Position numbers and translations under genes: made by a program. From positions 45,138,001-45,202,000 of the forward strand of contig NC_087251.1 of the NCBI RefSeq assembly GCF_037042905.1: a stretch of 64,000 bases of DNA, given 5' to 3'. The DNA comes from Lytechinus pictus (taxonomy: Eukaryota). Shown here one piece after another: positions 1 to 14,759 of the stretch (the first letter of the stretch is position 1; each line of letters begins with the position of its first letter). The notes under the pieces are model-generated. The model was not told the DNA's origin. It did not search any database and was given only the letters and a program-made list of their open reading frames with translations.

Positions 1-3000
1 CCCCCCTTTTTTAATAGACCCGTCGTATTGAATTGCAGAAAATTTCCCGTTGTAACAATTTACAGAATGTTTCTATTATTTTTTTTCTGTGAAATCTTCT
101 GTTTTTTTTATTTTTATTTCTTCCTGTTAAATATTGTTTTTTTTCTAACTGTGTAAAACTTTTTGTTGTATACCACAATTCGTATGAAAAATACAAAACA
201 ATCTCGATTCACTGTATCGAAGAAAAATGGCAACGAAGCCCGATGCTTCTTTACAGCTTTATAACGAACTTTGGTGAAAGAAAGTTGGTTACGATACTGA
301 CAATACGCTTCTTATAATCCTCGCACGGACCAAACAGATCATGCACGGGGTGACTGAAACTGCCGAGAGACAATCTGGTGCAGGATTTTTATTTGCTCTA
401 TCATTTTTGGTGATTATTCGAGTGTCTCATTTTTTTTCTGCGTCAAGGCCAACTCTTTATTTCCTATGAATAGATTAACAAGTTTTTATCCTCTCTCCCT
501 TATAGGCATATAGTTTGAACAGTAAAAAATAATAATTTTCATGAGTTATTGTGATGATTTAAACCTTATCACTTGTCAAAAATTTCTTCTTTATAATCCC
601 CCAAAGTTCCTGCATGCACAGAGCTCGCGAACACCTGCAATCTTACTGCACTGTGAAATCTTACATGTAATGTGTAAAGTGGCAGAAAACTGGTATTTGG
701 TGTTTGAAACCTAACAAATTTCCTATAAAAAACTTTCCCCTTTAAAAGAAAAAAAAACATGATCTGTTAAATTGCAGAAAATGTCCTGTTATAATTTTTG
801 TCTTCAAAATCTCCTTTTTTAACAGTGTTCTATAAATATGTTAGACATTTTTAGTAATAATGAGCTTATCGTTGTTTTCAAGGCCTTTTCAACTCACAGA
901 CCATGTATTTTACCAACTACGATATAGCAAGCACTACATGAAATATTGTCAGCAGAATTAATAGGGAAATGACAACACTCATATAATCAGAAACAGATAG
1001 ACAGAAAAGATAGATAAAGACAGAATCATTACATTGAAATCGAAAAAAAAAATCATAAGCATATATAACAAGCAATACACGCGAAATTGGAAAAGAAGGG
1101 AGCAAAACATATTTTTTTACGGTTGTAAAATGAATAGAACCAATATAGTACATTTTACCCTATAATATGCTGTTGAAAGTGATTATATCCAATTAAATGT
1201 AAAAAAAAATTGTTTAAAGTTTACATGAACCTGTTTTAATTGGATTCATGAGTTTCTAGAAATCAACCACATACTCCGTAGACCTATATCCTCTGAACAG
1301 AGAAATTTTGCATCTATTTATGTATATTGATGCATGGATATATGAACATTGTCATAAACGAGGAAAAACAGGATTATATAAATAAATACATGCATACAGG
1401 TTGATATCAAGACAGGACGATTTCAAAAATTGTGTAGATTTTGTAAGTATTGTGATAATAAATTAATTCAAACACATTAACGTTATCATTCCATTAAAAG
1501 GCAAACTTTTGCTAATAATATAGCAGTAAATCATCAAACTACATTTGTAATAAGCGAGGGTAAGTGGTGAAAATTACAAACTTTAGATCCTATTCAAGTT
1601 CCAATTGTAGGTTTCTATTGGATTAGATTTGGACGATTAAAGGAATTTTGGATGTGTTTTTTTTACCATGGTTTTTTGTCTCAATAATTTCTTTGCAAGC
1701 CACGTTGGGTCATTGTGTAGCTTAATATTCGATATGTTTGTACAAATGCTAATGGTAGATTAAATCTTGCATATCAAATCACAATTTCAAGTGCTAGCCA
1801 CTCGTGTTGGAGTGTGCAGCGATGTAAACTGTCAGCGTTTATACGTGACTAAAGCAGTATTGAAACTTTTTTTTGCAATAGATTGCAATTTTTCCACTCC
1901 AACACTCCCTAAATGCGATAAGTAAGAACATTTTTTGTACTATAAGTTTCTCTTCTCATTTCTGTGACGGCGTCCCGTTTTTAAAAAGCAGCAATCCCAA
2001 GAAAAAAAAAATGAATAAAAATATGAATAGGCCTAAATAAATGATTAAAAACGACTCAACTAAGCCACCAATTTGAAAGCTGATCTGGAAGGCGTTATGA
2101 TGTTTATCGGACTTAAAAATGTATTAATATTAATACTATTTGAATTAATGTCTACTTTCGTCTTCTCCGGATTTCATCAGTCCTCATAATGAACTAATCC
2201 AAAACTAAACTGCTCAACCATGCAAAGTAAACATATACAACATAGTGAATATTTTGAGATATATTTATTTGCGCAAAACATTCTCCTTTCTACAGAAATA
2301 GAAACTCGGTTGAATAAAAGTGACTTAAAAAACAGGGATAATCTTGACGGACACCAGCTCACAAGCTCAATAGTTACGACGCTTCGGTCTTCATAATTAT
2401 GTACAAGACATATAGTAATGAAAGAAAATAAACTTGGTAGTCTCACCATAAGTTTGATGATTGAAATGATAAAATGAATTGTTTATACCATCCAATAAAG
2501 GGAGATGATGATTGTGATGTCGCTTTATGTCCGATTTCATTGCATGTCTTGAACTTAAGCACGTATGATAATTGCTACACCCATTTCAAAGATAATTTTA
2601 GGATGCAAAGCAATTTGCACATTATGCACGCGCCATTTTCTCAGCCCATAATGCGACTCTTAAGTCATTTTTGCCTCGCTCTCTGAAGTATTCTTAGTCG
2701 GTTAATTGGAATTGAATATAGGAGAGACACGTGGGAGCTAAAGTGAATGAAATGGAAAAAAAAACCGAGGCAGATCGCAATTATGACCAGGGAATGGAGC
2801 TCGTGGAAATGGCATTCGTGTCAGTGTCACGTTTGGCCAGAGAGTGAGGCGGTGAGTGAGAGGCAGTGTACGCCGGCCGGTGCCCACTGATCAGATAGTG
2901 GTGACCACGATGACTCGGTTTCACAAGAATGGTCTCACTTTCTGCTTGAATTGGAATACCAGAAATCCATTGCTTGTGTTTAAGATGCCTTTGGGACAGT

Positions 3001-5149
3001 TCCTCATTCTAACTTCCAATCTGATTTAATGATAATGTTTATCAAATAGGCTGGCGAGGCTCTTTGAAATTAGTTTACTATATGAAGATTTAGAGCATAC
3101 GAGCCTAGATGGTAATCATACCTTTTCGTGCATGGTAGCTGGTCATGCATAATATTTGATGTGATAATATCTCCAATATTATTAACAGGCAAAACGTTCT
3201 CCAATACAGGGATACTGAAATCTCCTTTAATCAAATAAATAACAACCCGAAAAGTTATATATAGGCCTACTAACAATCTGGGAGCCTACAAGTAGACTAT
3301 ACAGTTTTGCCCGAGCATACTTTTTGAAACTACAGTTGTAGAAAAAATATACTGGATTACTGGTATACGAAACATTTTCAAATTGTGTAAACTTCTTTAG
3401 ATACCAGGAGTTTTTCATTTGATCTGTTAAGTCATTGTCATGAAAAAGATGGGATTATGTGTCTGTCCCTATCAGAATAATAGCGTTTTACTTTTATCTT
3501 CGGGGTTTTCTTGAGGTGGGATATAATGAATCGTATTTTGACGTACGCCGTCAGGGCTCGACACACTCCCTGCCCGCCCGCCTGCCGCCCGGTCGGCGTC
3601 CTTGCACTTCACCATTCCGCTACACTGCTCGGAAAATGATGTACAACATTATTCTAACATTCATGAGTCGATAACATGTTTTCTAACAATGCGATACGTA
3701 CCAGTGCTGTTGCATGACCCACGCTCGTTGGTCGTATCCCTGCGGCGGGCAAGCCCCGTTCGCCGAGCCATAGACGTCCGCTAGGCCCGGCCCAAGTTGG
3801 TGGTGTTCGGCATAAGGCATAGTGGCCCACCCGCCATGGTGGGTAGGGGCCGCGGGGACACTATAGGCCTGCGTGGTGAATAACTCCTAATTAACACCAC
3901 AAATCAAACACAAGACACCACAAAATATATCCTCCTTTCCCCTTTTTTTTATCCTTGGCAGTTGGATTACGCAAATATCTACCAATTCGTCGGCGTCCAA
4001 ATGTTCACAAGTGTAGAAGAAAAGGGGGAACACGTAAGCCTAAGAATTCAATCCCGGAAAGGAAAAAGTCATAGTTCCAATTCTTGTCCAGGGATTATTT
4101 GAAGTAGTATTGAAGATGTTGAAATATGATCGCGTAAGTGAATCATAAGAATGGTAATAGGTGATTTTGGCGACAAGTGTTACATTAATACACCCAGTAA
4201 CTCAAGGAACAATACGCGTCACCAAACTTTATTTGAACGTAGGCCTAACCGAAAAAGTAATAATTAAAAAAATAATATTGCCGGCATGCATGGCAGTAGG
4301 ATAGTAGACTCCGTGGTCCCACACATTACTAACTGGCTCGGTGGAAGCCGACCCCAATAAAACTGACCACGGAAATCAATTGAAGTGGACGCTATCTTCT
4401 GTGAAAGTCCATCGATGTCATCCTTCCAACATTGACAAGATAGCCGGCAAAAAGGGAAGAAAAATCATCGGTGCACGCTCGATAACCAATAACCGTGGCA
4501 ACCAAGAATCTAGGGGCACCCCTCTCAGGCTCTCCCTCTCTCTCCTTCTCTCTCCGCCCGTCTCTTTTCTCCCTCTCTCTATTTCTCTCTCCCGCCCTTT
4601 CTCCATATATCCCACTCGTACAATTCGAAAAACCTTTCCTCCTCTCCTCAGTGACAAATGCATTCTCTTTTTCCCCCTTATTATTATTATTTACCACGCA
4701 TTACCCATCCCCTCACCCCTACAGAATTAAATGGTCGAACCCTAAATTAAAGATAAGACTTTGTAATAATTTCTATATTATGTGATTATTGTTTGCATTG
4801 AAAATGTTTCATAGACTCATTAAATTGTGTTTAAGATCGAGAATCTTTTATTATTTTGTTTATTATTCATTACCATAATTCCCTTCACCTTTTTGAGTTC
4901 CATGATTTTTTATTAATACCAATATCCGAGAATATACTGGTAATATAAACACATTAGCGGATCTGAATATTGATATAATCCATTTCAAAGGAAATAAATG
5001 ATTCTGAATTTTTTTCTTTATTCTTTTTCTTTCTCCTATTTTGGTTACATGATTACATTCATTAAATTTTATCAACCTATTTGACTTAATTATCTATTTA
5101 TCTAATTCACATTACATTAATATATTCATCCATATACTTTTATATTTTG

Positions 5150-5378
5150 TTCTCTCTCTCACACACACACACACACACACCCTCTCACATACCCGTGCGC
5201 GCGCTTAAGCTCACACTGATACAATCACACACCCACATCTACCCCCACACACTCACTCTCCCTCTCTGCTCCCCCTCTCCCTCAATTTTATGTTCACTAC
5301 ATTCACCCGCCAACACACTCACACCCACACAATCTCTGTAGTTTATGCCTGGGTTTACACACCCACGGCATTCATTCA

Positions 5379-5413
<35 letters not shown>

Positions 5414-5638
5414 GTACACCCTCACTCTGTAGGTGATTATTCTTGGGTTTATTCACTCATAGTCACCTTTCCACCTCCCCCCTCACACACACACACTCAC
5501 CCACTCTATGTAGATACCCGGTTTGTCATCCACATTCACTCTCTCACACGCAAAGACAAACCCACACACACACACACTTTATCTTTCTCTGCAGTTCCCT
5601 ATACCTGGGCTTACTCATCCACAGTCACCCACCGACCA

Positions 5639-5671
<33 letters not shown>

Positions 5672-5835
5672 TCCCACTCCAGTTGACTATACATCGGTTT
5701 ATTTACCTCCATTCACCCATCCACCATACACACATGCACCACACACACACACACACACTCTCTCTCTCTCTCTCTACCCTTCCAGTTTACTATCAATATT
5801 CACCGACTCTGCATGTACCCCCTCCCCTCTCTTTA
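5150..5835 (+). repeat. (CA)n/(CT)n compound microsatellite region
   Basis: Direct inspection. Confidence 0.9.
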
Positions 5836-6610
5836 TCTGTAATTTACTATAACTGGGTTTATATTTTCATCCCTATCTCTACAGTGTATCTGTTGTGTTT
5901 TATTTGTTTGAATCCATGTTGATAAAACAAGCATGGTATCAAAGTTTAAGTGCATAAAATGAAGAAAAAAAGTAAAAGGAAGAGTAACATGAATGTTACA
6001 TACAGCGCACGCATGCACAAACACATCAAAGTACACTATCCTTGTCATTTGTGTCTGTCTACGACCTTTTTTTGTGTGTGTCATTTGCATGTTTAAAAAA
6101 AAAGATCTTCCCCTTTTCCCTTTTATGTATGTAGTGCACGGTATTTGTCAAAGAGACCTGAACTATATATACATGGCATGTTGACATCGCGGTTTATCAC
6201 GCTAAACATGAACACCTAGGCAACATTGGACGAGCAAAGGTTGAAAAAAAAAAGGATAAAGGGATAAAACGAGAACAATGTTATGCACACATAGATATGA
6301 CGACAGAAGAACATAATACGGAAAGGATCAAGTTCAATACGTTAGATCAGGATATCGGTACGGGTCATAAAAACCCGGTTTTAAACGTTGTAACTTGTGT
6401 AAGCAAGAACAGAGGGGTGTGAGAGGTGGATGGTGGTAGGGTTTTATATAAGAGAAGAAGACAATTTGGTTGAATGAGTTTGCTATAGGCGTGTTGCATG
6501 TCAGTGTCCAAAGCAGCCAAGTCCACCCAAGCGAATGTTCATTCATCGTTCATAAAAAAATTCCCCCCCCCCAAAAAAAAAGAGCAAAATCTGACTAGGC
6601 CTAATAGTGA

Positions 6611-6815
6611 CTTTTTGTTTACCTTATTGCTAAGAAAGCATGAATGTATGTAAACAAGCAATCAGATGACCGACAGCTTAAGGTCCTCTCCGAGGGACCT
6701 GGTAATGATGATTTAAATGCCTTACCAAAGGACACTATAGCTCACTAAGTAGGGATCAAACCCGGGTCACCGGAATCCGAAACCCCCGCTCTAGCGACTG
6801 AGCTTTCGCGCCTCC
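6611..6815 (-). mobile_element. tRNA-derived SINE
   Basis: Minus strand GGAGGCGCGAAAGCTCAGTCGCTAGAGC (A box)...GGGTTTGATCCC (B box), followed by GTGTCCTTTGGTAAGGCATTTA, the conserved post-tRNA SINE core motif. Confidence 0.75.
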
Positions 6816-6956
6816 TGATGTCAAATAATGCAATATGATGTAAAATAACATTGAATTAAAGCATTTCTAAAGTTTAGCTTCGTTTTGCATAATTTGCACA
6901 GCATGGACAACGAGTGCAAACTAAGAAGCCCAATTATGTCATCCAGTGAGTGTCTA

Positions 6957-7147
6957 CACTCTAAAAAGGTTTACACAATATTGGGTTAATTGGGAACATG
7001 CAGCATGCAGGTTGGGTTAAAAGATACCCAATATTTGGTAAATTTTACGCAATGTTGTGTTGAAATAGCCCAATATGGGGTGAAAATATACCCAGCAAAC
7101 ATGCATGTTCCCTTTTTACTCAATATTGGGTAGAATTTTACTCAGTG
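6957..7147. mobile_element. Palindromic MITE with CACT...AGTG termini, TA flanks
   Basis: TA|CACTCTAAAAAGG...AATTTTACTCAGTG|TA, with internal inverted repeats (gggaacatgca / tgcatgttccc). Confidence 0.7.
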
Positions 7148-7149
7148 TA

Positions 7150-7317
7150 CACTCTAAAAAACGAAGTGCTAATTCAGCTCTTAAAGAGCGTGTATAGTGA
7201 CTGCACTTCGGAGTGCTGATTTTTTAGTTCAAATTTGAACGAGAAAATCAGCACTCCGAAGTGCAGTCACTATACACGCTCCTTAAGAGCTAAATTAGCA
7301 CTCCAGTTTTTAGAGTG
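7150..7317. mobile_element. Near-perfect 168-bp palindromic MITE with CACTCTAAAAA termini, TA TSD
   Basis: The two halves are reverse complements (gagcgtgtatagtgactgcacttcggagtgctgatttt / aaaatcagcactccgaagtgcagtcactatacacgctc). Confidence 0.9.
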
Positions 7318-7634
7318 TATAATGATTTTGCCGCTCACGTGCTTAATACAGGGAGTTGGGGGTTCTCCCAACTCCCTTATTTAAAAAAAAAATTTGAGTC
7401 CGAATATGTGCAAAAACTTAATTCTTGTTTAAAATTTAGGCGGAACTTTGAAAAGATACATGTCCAAGATTTGTCTTCAGATTCAAAGGCAATAAGTTGT
7501 TTGTGGCGAGGAGGGGAAAGGGCTGATTGATAAAAAGAGAAAAAAAAAAACAGTTCGACGGTCGGGATGTACCGAGGGGCAGTTTTGAGATAAGTTTTAA
7601 GAAAGGGGAGTTTGAGAGATTGAAAGGGAGAATA

Positions 7635-7935
7635 CACACTAAGAAATAGGGGTGCAAGAAAGGTGCAACTTAGGTTTAACTTGGCACCTTTAAAAGTGCA
7701 GACCACAATGGGAGCACCTTTAACATGTTTAAGGTTTAACTTTGTACCTTTCTTGATGCAAATAAGCACCTATGGGGTGACATTCTGCACCTTGTATGAT
7801 TTGCACCTTTCAGAGAGGTGCAAAGTTGCACCTTTCCAAAAAGGTACAAAGCTGCACCTTAAAGGTTTGCCCAGTGTGACATCTGGTGGTCTGCACCTTT
7901 AAAGGTGCAAAGTTGAACCTATTTTCCTTAGTGTG
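7635..7935. mobile_element. MITE with CACACTAAG...CTTAGTGTG termini and internal AAGGTGCA/TGCACCTT repeats
   Basis: TA on both sides; many short subterminal repeats in both orientations. Confidence 0.8.
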
Positions 7936-10900
7936 TATATATAGAAATAAAGAGAGAGAGAGAGAGAGACTGTGAGTGGGAGTGGGCCGGGGGGGGGGCT
8001 GAGAAGTTTATCTAACTATAGACGTTCAAAGTCTTATGATCGATTCGATATATGATTTCGATAAGGAATGGAAGAAAATACATCTCATTTCATAAATTTG
8101 CCGATGACAACATAATTTTACTGACGATGTTGTGGCACCATACACTCTTCATATTCTACACATATTCGAACCCACGACACTCTGATAAAAAAAAAAAACG
8201 AGAGTCAGTGTTATTAGACAACAGCACTCTCACCGAAAAAAGGCTGAGCTATCTTCGATGTTTTTTAATAATAATCAATTTTTTTATTATTATTTCATTG
8301 TTCGCATTATTTTTATCTTCCTTGTTTCTTTTTTTTTTAATCGCATTTTTTTCTTTAACTTTAAAGAAAATTTGATGTCATACAAATGTAATTATGACAC
8401 AACTTTTTCCTCCGAAGGATATCCCTTTCAAAGAAGCATTCAAAGTATTTTTGATATTAAAAAAAAAAATCCTTACAAAAAAAAACTTGGAAAAGTAAGA
8501 AGTAAAAACAGGCAAGTCTAGATAAACAAGGTTATTATCCTTCATCGTTTTAAATCATCAAGCGCTTCGTTAAAACTACCGGAACCAGTTTATAATTGTG
8601 GCTTTATTCAATGGCATAAAAGCCCATAGAGAGGATTAAAGGAGATTGTGTACACCCATTACGTGACGCGGTGAATCAAATATTTAATAGGATCAATATC
8701 TCGTGTAAATTACTAATGCTTATTAAAGGACTTAATCCGAGATTGAACATAGTTATACTGATGGCAAATTGCTTCAATGATTTTTATGACTGCATTAAGA
8801 AAAACCGCCCTTCTGAATGATTTTTTAAATAATCGTTGAATCTCTTAAACGATAAAGATAAAGAAATGAAGGAGTACAGTGAAAGGTTATTATTGAATTA
8901 TGATTTATTACATAAATCTTTAGATTTAGATAAAATGTATTCACGAGTTAATCCCAGTTATATGGGTTCATGGATGAAAAATAATTTTAATGTGCAGTTT
9001 CTATTTACCACATTAACAAGACAACCTTTAGTACAAGGTGTTTTTTTTAATTTGAAATATTATTTTAAAATACGAGTAATTTGCTCTTGATGTTAAACAC
9101 TATAAGAATCTAAATCTTCTTCAAAATAACCATCACTTGAAACACAATGATTATAGGAAATTCAATTGTATATCCAGCCCCATTGCTATAGGCCTACACT
9201 AAAAAATTGTGTAGAAAATTTATCTCATTACTGTATCTTGCACTATTTTTTAATAAACCAAACTGAATAAGAAATATTTCATTTTTAATAGCAGTTTCAT
9301 AAAACATAAGCCTATATACACCACAAATCCACACTCTCTTCCTTAATAATTTCATTATCAAATGATTGGCATGCCAATAACTGAAAAATTCCCATGACAA
9401 AATAAATCGATAATGACGGAATAGATGATATTTCGTTGAAATCTTGAATTAGAATTGGTAAATTTAGCGAGTGAATTCTCGACGGTCAGGTCACGGACCA
9501 AGCGGCCGAGAGTTCCCCGTGGTCAGTTGGTCATTCCCCGGCTAGCGCATGGTCAGCCAGGTGTGATACAAGGCGCGGTCGCTGTTTAACGAATTTTTCA
9601 AAACGCATGGAGCAAATGTGAGCAATGATGGTTTAATGTGATTTCCACATATCTATTTATTCAGATCCTTCACATCGATGATGACAAATGGGGGGGAGTT
9701 AGGGTGGTTGGGTATGGATTTTTACGACTCTTATTGCAGAAAAAACGAGGTTAGTGAACCAATCTTTGGCGATTGTCTGCGAGTTCGACAGACATAATCA
9801 ATTTCCCGCCTGTTACAGGTGATTGTTTTTTACTATCAGTTAGAAAAAAATATATAAAAACAAGTGCTTGAGAACTATAATGTACTAGTATACAAATCCG
9901 GTCAATGACTCAGTATTGGAATCATGCGCAAAGCGAAAATATGGGCGCTTTTTCTCTTTTCTCATCTTTTCCTTATTGGCGTTTTGCATATCCTTACCTT
10001 CACTGTTGAATTAAACAAAAACTTGATTCAAAGTAGTTGGATTACTAACTTGAATATGTTTTTGCATGCTTGTTTGTTTCCCATAAGGCAATACCGCACA
10101 AAATTTGTTTTTATCATGACAGATCACCCAACGCAATGTATAAACCTTGTGGCCTGATTAGGATCCCCTAAATTTGGAAATAATACAAAGTATTTGATTA
10201 TTTTAGAAGCGCAAAGGACGATTTCATGTGTCCTCGCATTCATGGTGAGAAAATGTTAATAGGGTTCACTGATATTGATTTTTAAAAAAAAGTTCACTTC
10301 TCTTGTCACGATTTGCTTTTTAGAACAACCACACACTTTGCACTAAACAACATGTTGTTTCACACTCATCGTCTCATTAAAATCAGTGCTAAGTATCCTC
10401 AGAGCGAACAGAAGTGATAACAGGATCGAACTTCAACTGTTGCTGCCTTGAGAAAGTCTTCATTTCTTCGTATTCTCGCAATTGGGGAAGCTTGCAGAAG
10501 AAATCAGTTTGATAAATTTGACTATGAAAACAAGCACTTTTTGATGAACTACACAGTATCTCAAAATCACATAAGTTTACTATAGACTCATGATTATGAA
10601 GATAAACTTTTTGAAAGAAATTATAGTTTTGACGATTTGACAAGGTGAAACAAATTTATTTGTCACTTTTTTATGAGCAATGAATTACCTTAATTCTTTA
10701 CCAAATTGTCATGAAAACAACTGTCATCTTATTCTATTGAACTGACATAAAATATGGGCGTTGGGGCTTTGCCCCCCCCCCCCAAAAAAAAAAAAAAATA
10801 ATAATAATAAAAAAAAATAAAAATAAAAAATGTCCACGACAAATATTTTCTTGTTTAACAAAGGGAATGAAAATGAGAAGGTGTGATTATATTTTTTTAA

Positions 10901-11634
10901 TATGTTAAATCCTATCACAGAATAAGATTTTTAAGGTCAAAATTTTTGCTCTTTCGCTTCGCTCGCTTTTTAAGAAATTTTGTCACAGACGCCATGTTGT
11001 GCACCTCAAATTTTGGGCTCATTACGCCACTGATTGAACTGTATAAATTAAAGGTTGTTTTTTTTTATTAAAAAAAATATATATATTTTTCATTTTAAAG
11101 TGAACGATTTGATAAAGACAAGTTGAACTTGAGACTGAACTCTGTGAGGAAATTCCTGGAGGGGAGGATTGTGTAGAAAATGTGATGGGGGAGACAGGAA
11201 TGATCAGAGATTATTAGCACATGCTTTTCGTATTGATCCCATCATTCCAACAGGCGAGGTTTACTTCCGCTAACCGTAACCTTATCCACACATTGCATGC
11301 TGGGTAAATTAATCACGTGGTATTGTCTTACAAGGAAAGCGACACTAACTCTTACAGCTTATCAAAGCTATACACTCCGATCAAGACTTTCATGTCATAA
11401 TCAAATACTAAAGGAAACTTCCTTTCTTGCAAAGTACAATATCCTACCCAAATGTTTTAACACTAGGACTATTCGTAAAATTTACATATTTTTTTAGGGG
11501 GGGGGGGTTCTTTCTATTCATTCCGTAACATGGCCCTGGGACCAAAATCACCTTCATTTCGAAAAAAAAAAATATTGTTTTGCTTGTCAAACTTTTTAAA
11601 CAAACCAGCACACCCCTTTTTCAACCCTGATGCG

Positions 11635-12007
11635 GGTAAATTACCAATTCGTCTACTGACAACTCGTCCACTCACCACATGGTCTACTTTCATTTAGTCT
11701 CATGCCATTCCGTCCATCTACATGTCGTCTAACAACCATTTCGTCCAATAACCATTGGGTCAATCATCACTTCGTCTATGACCACTTCGTCTCATAACCA
11801 GTTGGTCTAATATCCATTTTGTTTTCATTCATTTTGCACAATTAATACTTAATCCAATTATTGGACCAACTGGTTATTAGACGAAATTGTTAGTGGACGA
11901 ATTGGCAATTAGACCATGTGGATAGTGGACGAACAGATGGTAGACCGAATGATAGTATACGAACTGGCAATTGGACGAATTTGCATTAGACGAATTGGAC
12001 GTAAACC
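11635..12007. mobile_element. MITE with GG...CC termini and 8-bp TSD CTGATGCG
   Basis: TSD at 11627-11634 and 12008-12015. Ends are ggtaaattaccaattcgtcta / tagacgaattggacgtaaacc. TTCGTCYA repeats fill the left half and their complements the right half. Confidence 0.85.
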
Positions 12008-14759
12008 CTGATGCGTACTCGAATCAGCAATGGACAAAATGTACAAGTATTCTTTAAAACTAAAAGTTGTACTTGACAACGTGAAGTTAGCCACACACTT
12101 GCCAGACATGGCTGCCGACTGTGCCAACGAGGCTGTTAAGCTAAGCTTAAAGCGCTTTAATGTTGGATTCAGAGAATCGATCATCAATCGTCTCTTATTC
12201 GTTACAAATTAAACATGTATGTATTTGGTAATTGGAACACAATTGTGATTTTTTTTGCGGGGGGGGGGGTTAGTGCAGCGACTGTGTTCGAAATTAATAC
12301 ATGTTCGTTCTGTGGACCACCTAACGTTGAGTAAAAAGGTTTCTTAATAATTTAACCAACAAAGTGTGGGGGAATACATGCCAAAATTTGGACTGCACAC
12401 GATCCAAAGCTGGTTAAGAGTTGGTCAGAAATTGACTAAGAAAATATTTAATGTGATGTTTTTTTTTGTTTCAATATGAATTAGTTTTTAGCCTGATTTA
12501 CTTTTAAAAAATAATTAAGTGATTTATTCAAGTAACATGAACTGAACATTATAAAAATGTTTTACAAATTAAAAAAAGGGTATGCATATATCAAAATTCA
12601 CAATAAGGTAATATTATATATTTATATAAAAAAAACCATGATATAAAGTCAAACGATGAATATATATTGGTGAGCAATGACATGGTTTAACAATTTAAAT
12701 GAAAATCGTAATGATCACGAATGATATGAAATATTACAAATATATGTTAAACAATATTTGCAATATCTTTCTTAGATATACACATCAATTAAAATCTAGA
12801 TATTTGATGTTCCCAGGCAGAGCTTGTGTGATTGAGATTTGAATGAGTAATTTCAAACATGTAAAGTTAGTTACTATTCATCCATTAATCAAAAAGTAGT
12901 CATAATCTGGACTTATCAAATGAAAACACTTGATACGGAGTTTTAATAGAGCCTCTCATGAACTTCCCAAAGAAGATGTGTTTTTTTGCCCAGGGGCATG
13001 ATATCTCGAAGTGAAAGAGGGAGTCTGAGAAGAGTTAGGAAGGAACTCGGAGGAAAATATTAATCCGCGATTAGCTGGGGATTAGTGTAAGATTTCTGAC
13101 ACTGAGACTCAGACGGGCTAATCTCACGCCTGTCATGAATAGCAGCTTATCTGCTCCTAAACCAATCATCAATGGTAAGATAATAAATCATCAGTCTGAG
13201 TCGATTTACTAAATTGAGACACATTATCAATGTCTATATACAACCAGTGGCGTACTGAGCCAACAACTTTGAGGGGCGAGACACGGTGGATGGGGAAAGT
13301 TTTTTATCAAAAACGAGCGAAGCGAGAGAGTAATAATTGACCTATTTTATATTACCATCTCAGATCGTGCGTAGATTTTGACATAATATTAAAAAAAAAA
13401 ATCATATTTCACTATTGTTTCTTTTCCTTTATTTTTCTTTTTTTTCTTGGTCATGAAAATTTTGGGTGTTCAAGGCCCCCTCCCCCATCGGCGCGCCGGT
13501 GTACAAACATGGACCTATTAATAGGTCCATGGTACAAACCACCATTCCTTGTGTGGTAACAACTTACGGAGAATGGAATGCTTGCAACAAGTTAGCTAGT
13601 GTTGAAACAGAAATATCAAATAAGATCCAAGATCGGTATACGAACATGGCTTTACGCAGTGAGGGGGAGTTGAGGTGGGAAATTGCCCCAAGAAATGTCG
13701 AAAAAATTACCCCAAAAAAAATCAAAAAATTCACCATAAGTGTGCACAAAGTCTTTCAATTATACTTTACAAAATGCAAAAGCGCTCTCATAACAAACTC
13801 GATCACTTTGCTCCCTTACTGTCTAGTTTCTTCGATTTTTTTTTTTTTGGGGGGGGGTGTTTTGCCCCAACCCGGAAAAAATATCTGCATGCGACCATGT
13901 ATACGAAAGGGAGCCCTAAAAAGCGCGCAGAATGATATTTTTCAATCTCTTACAACGATCTAATTTTATCATTGTATATAATACCCGTAAGTGTTCAACA
14001 AATGAAAGGTAATGACTCTTTAATATGCGCCGATTTCAGAGAAAAGCGGGCATTTTTGTCCAAGACGTTTGATTATCAAAGATAGGAAATGAATCAATTA
14101 AACTTGGATACAATAACAAGGCCTTGTTTGCTTGTTTGTTTGTTTGCTTGCATATATTTCTGCGTTCAAAAACACAATACAAAAATATTTACAATTACAA
14201 TATACAAAATAATGCACAATATAAACAATGTAGTCATATTACATGATAAATACAAATAAGGGTGTGAGTATAAATTAATCTTTTATAAATGTAAACACAT
14301 GTATATAATGTAATAAATGAACGCAGGAGACCGCCATCGTGAGCGGTTAGGCTTGAATTGATGGCGGCCTCATAAAAAGTAACCTTAATAAAAGTAATCC
14401 ATCACCCTTGTGAACATGAATGTGTTTCAGTTGATATTATCATCAACGTGATCAAGGTGAATTTCAAAAAAACATTATTGAATGATAACGTTATTATTAT
14501 TCAAACAGTCAGTCTTTAACATCAATTCAGAAATGTTTCTGTAGTTTTAATTACTGAAACTATTGTTCTTTATGCCTCTCATTGAATAAGCGAATGTGGT
14601 GGTGTTGTTTTAAACAGCGTTAAACTATTTATATTATGTACTGTGTGAAATACTTTTCTTACAACTTTCAGAACTCTTCACAATAATTTTTTTTTTCAAT
14701 TCAACATATTTTGTTCCAAATTACATATTTTCCAAATAACATATTTAGTCTCAGTCTTG

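Noticed and set aside
4341..5922. Several 80-160 aa ORFs (HTHT/LSLS-rich)
   Set aside because: Translations of (CA)n/(CT)n microsatellites.
6740..6815. tRNA gene
   Set aside because: A/B boxes are present, but there is no intact cloverleaf and it continues into a SINE core; called as a SINE.
8836..9410. Possible L1/Tx1-like LINE remnant (also 29197-29460)
   Set aside because: Only vague resemblance and no diagnostic motif.
13466..13963. 165-aa ORF
   Set aside because: Non-ATG start, spans interspersed repeat fragments and homopolymer runs, and shows no recognisable domain.
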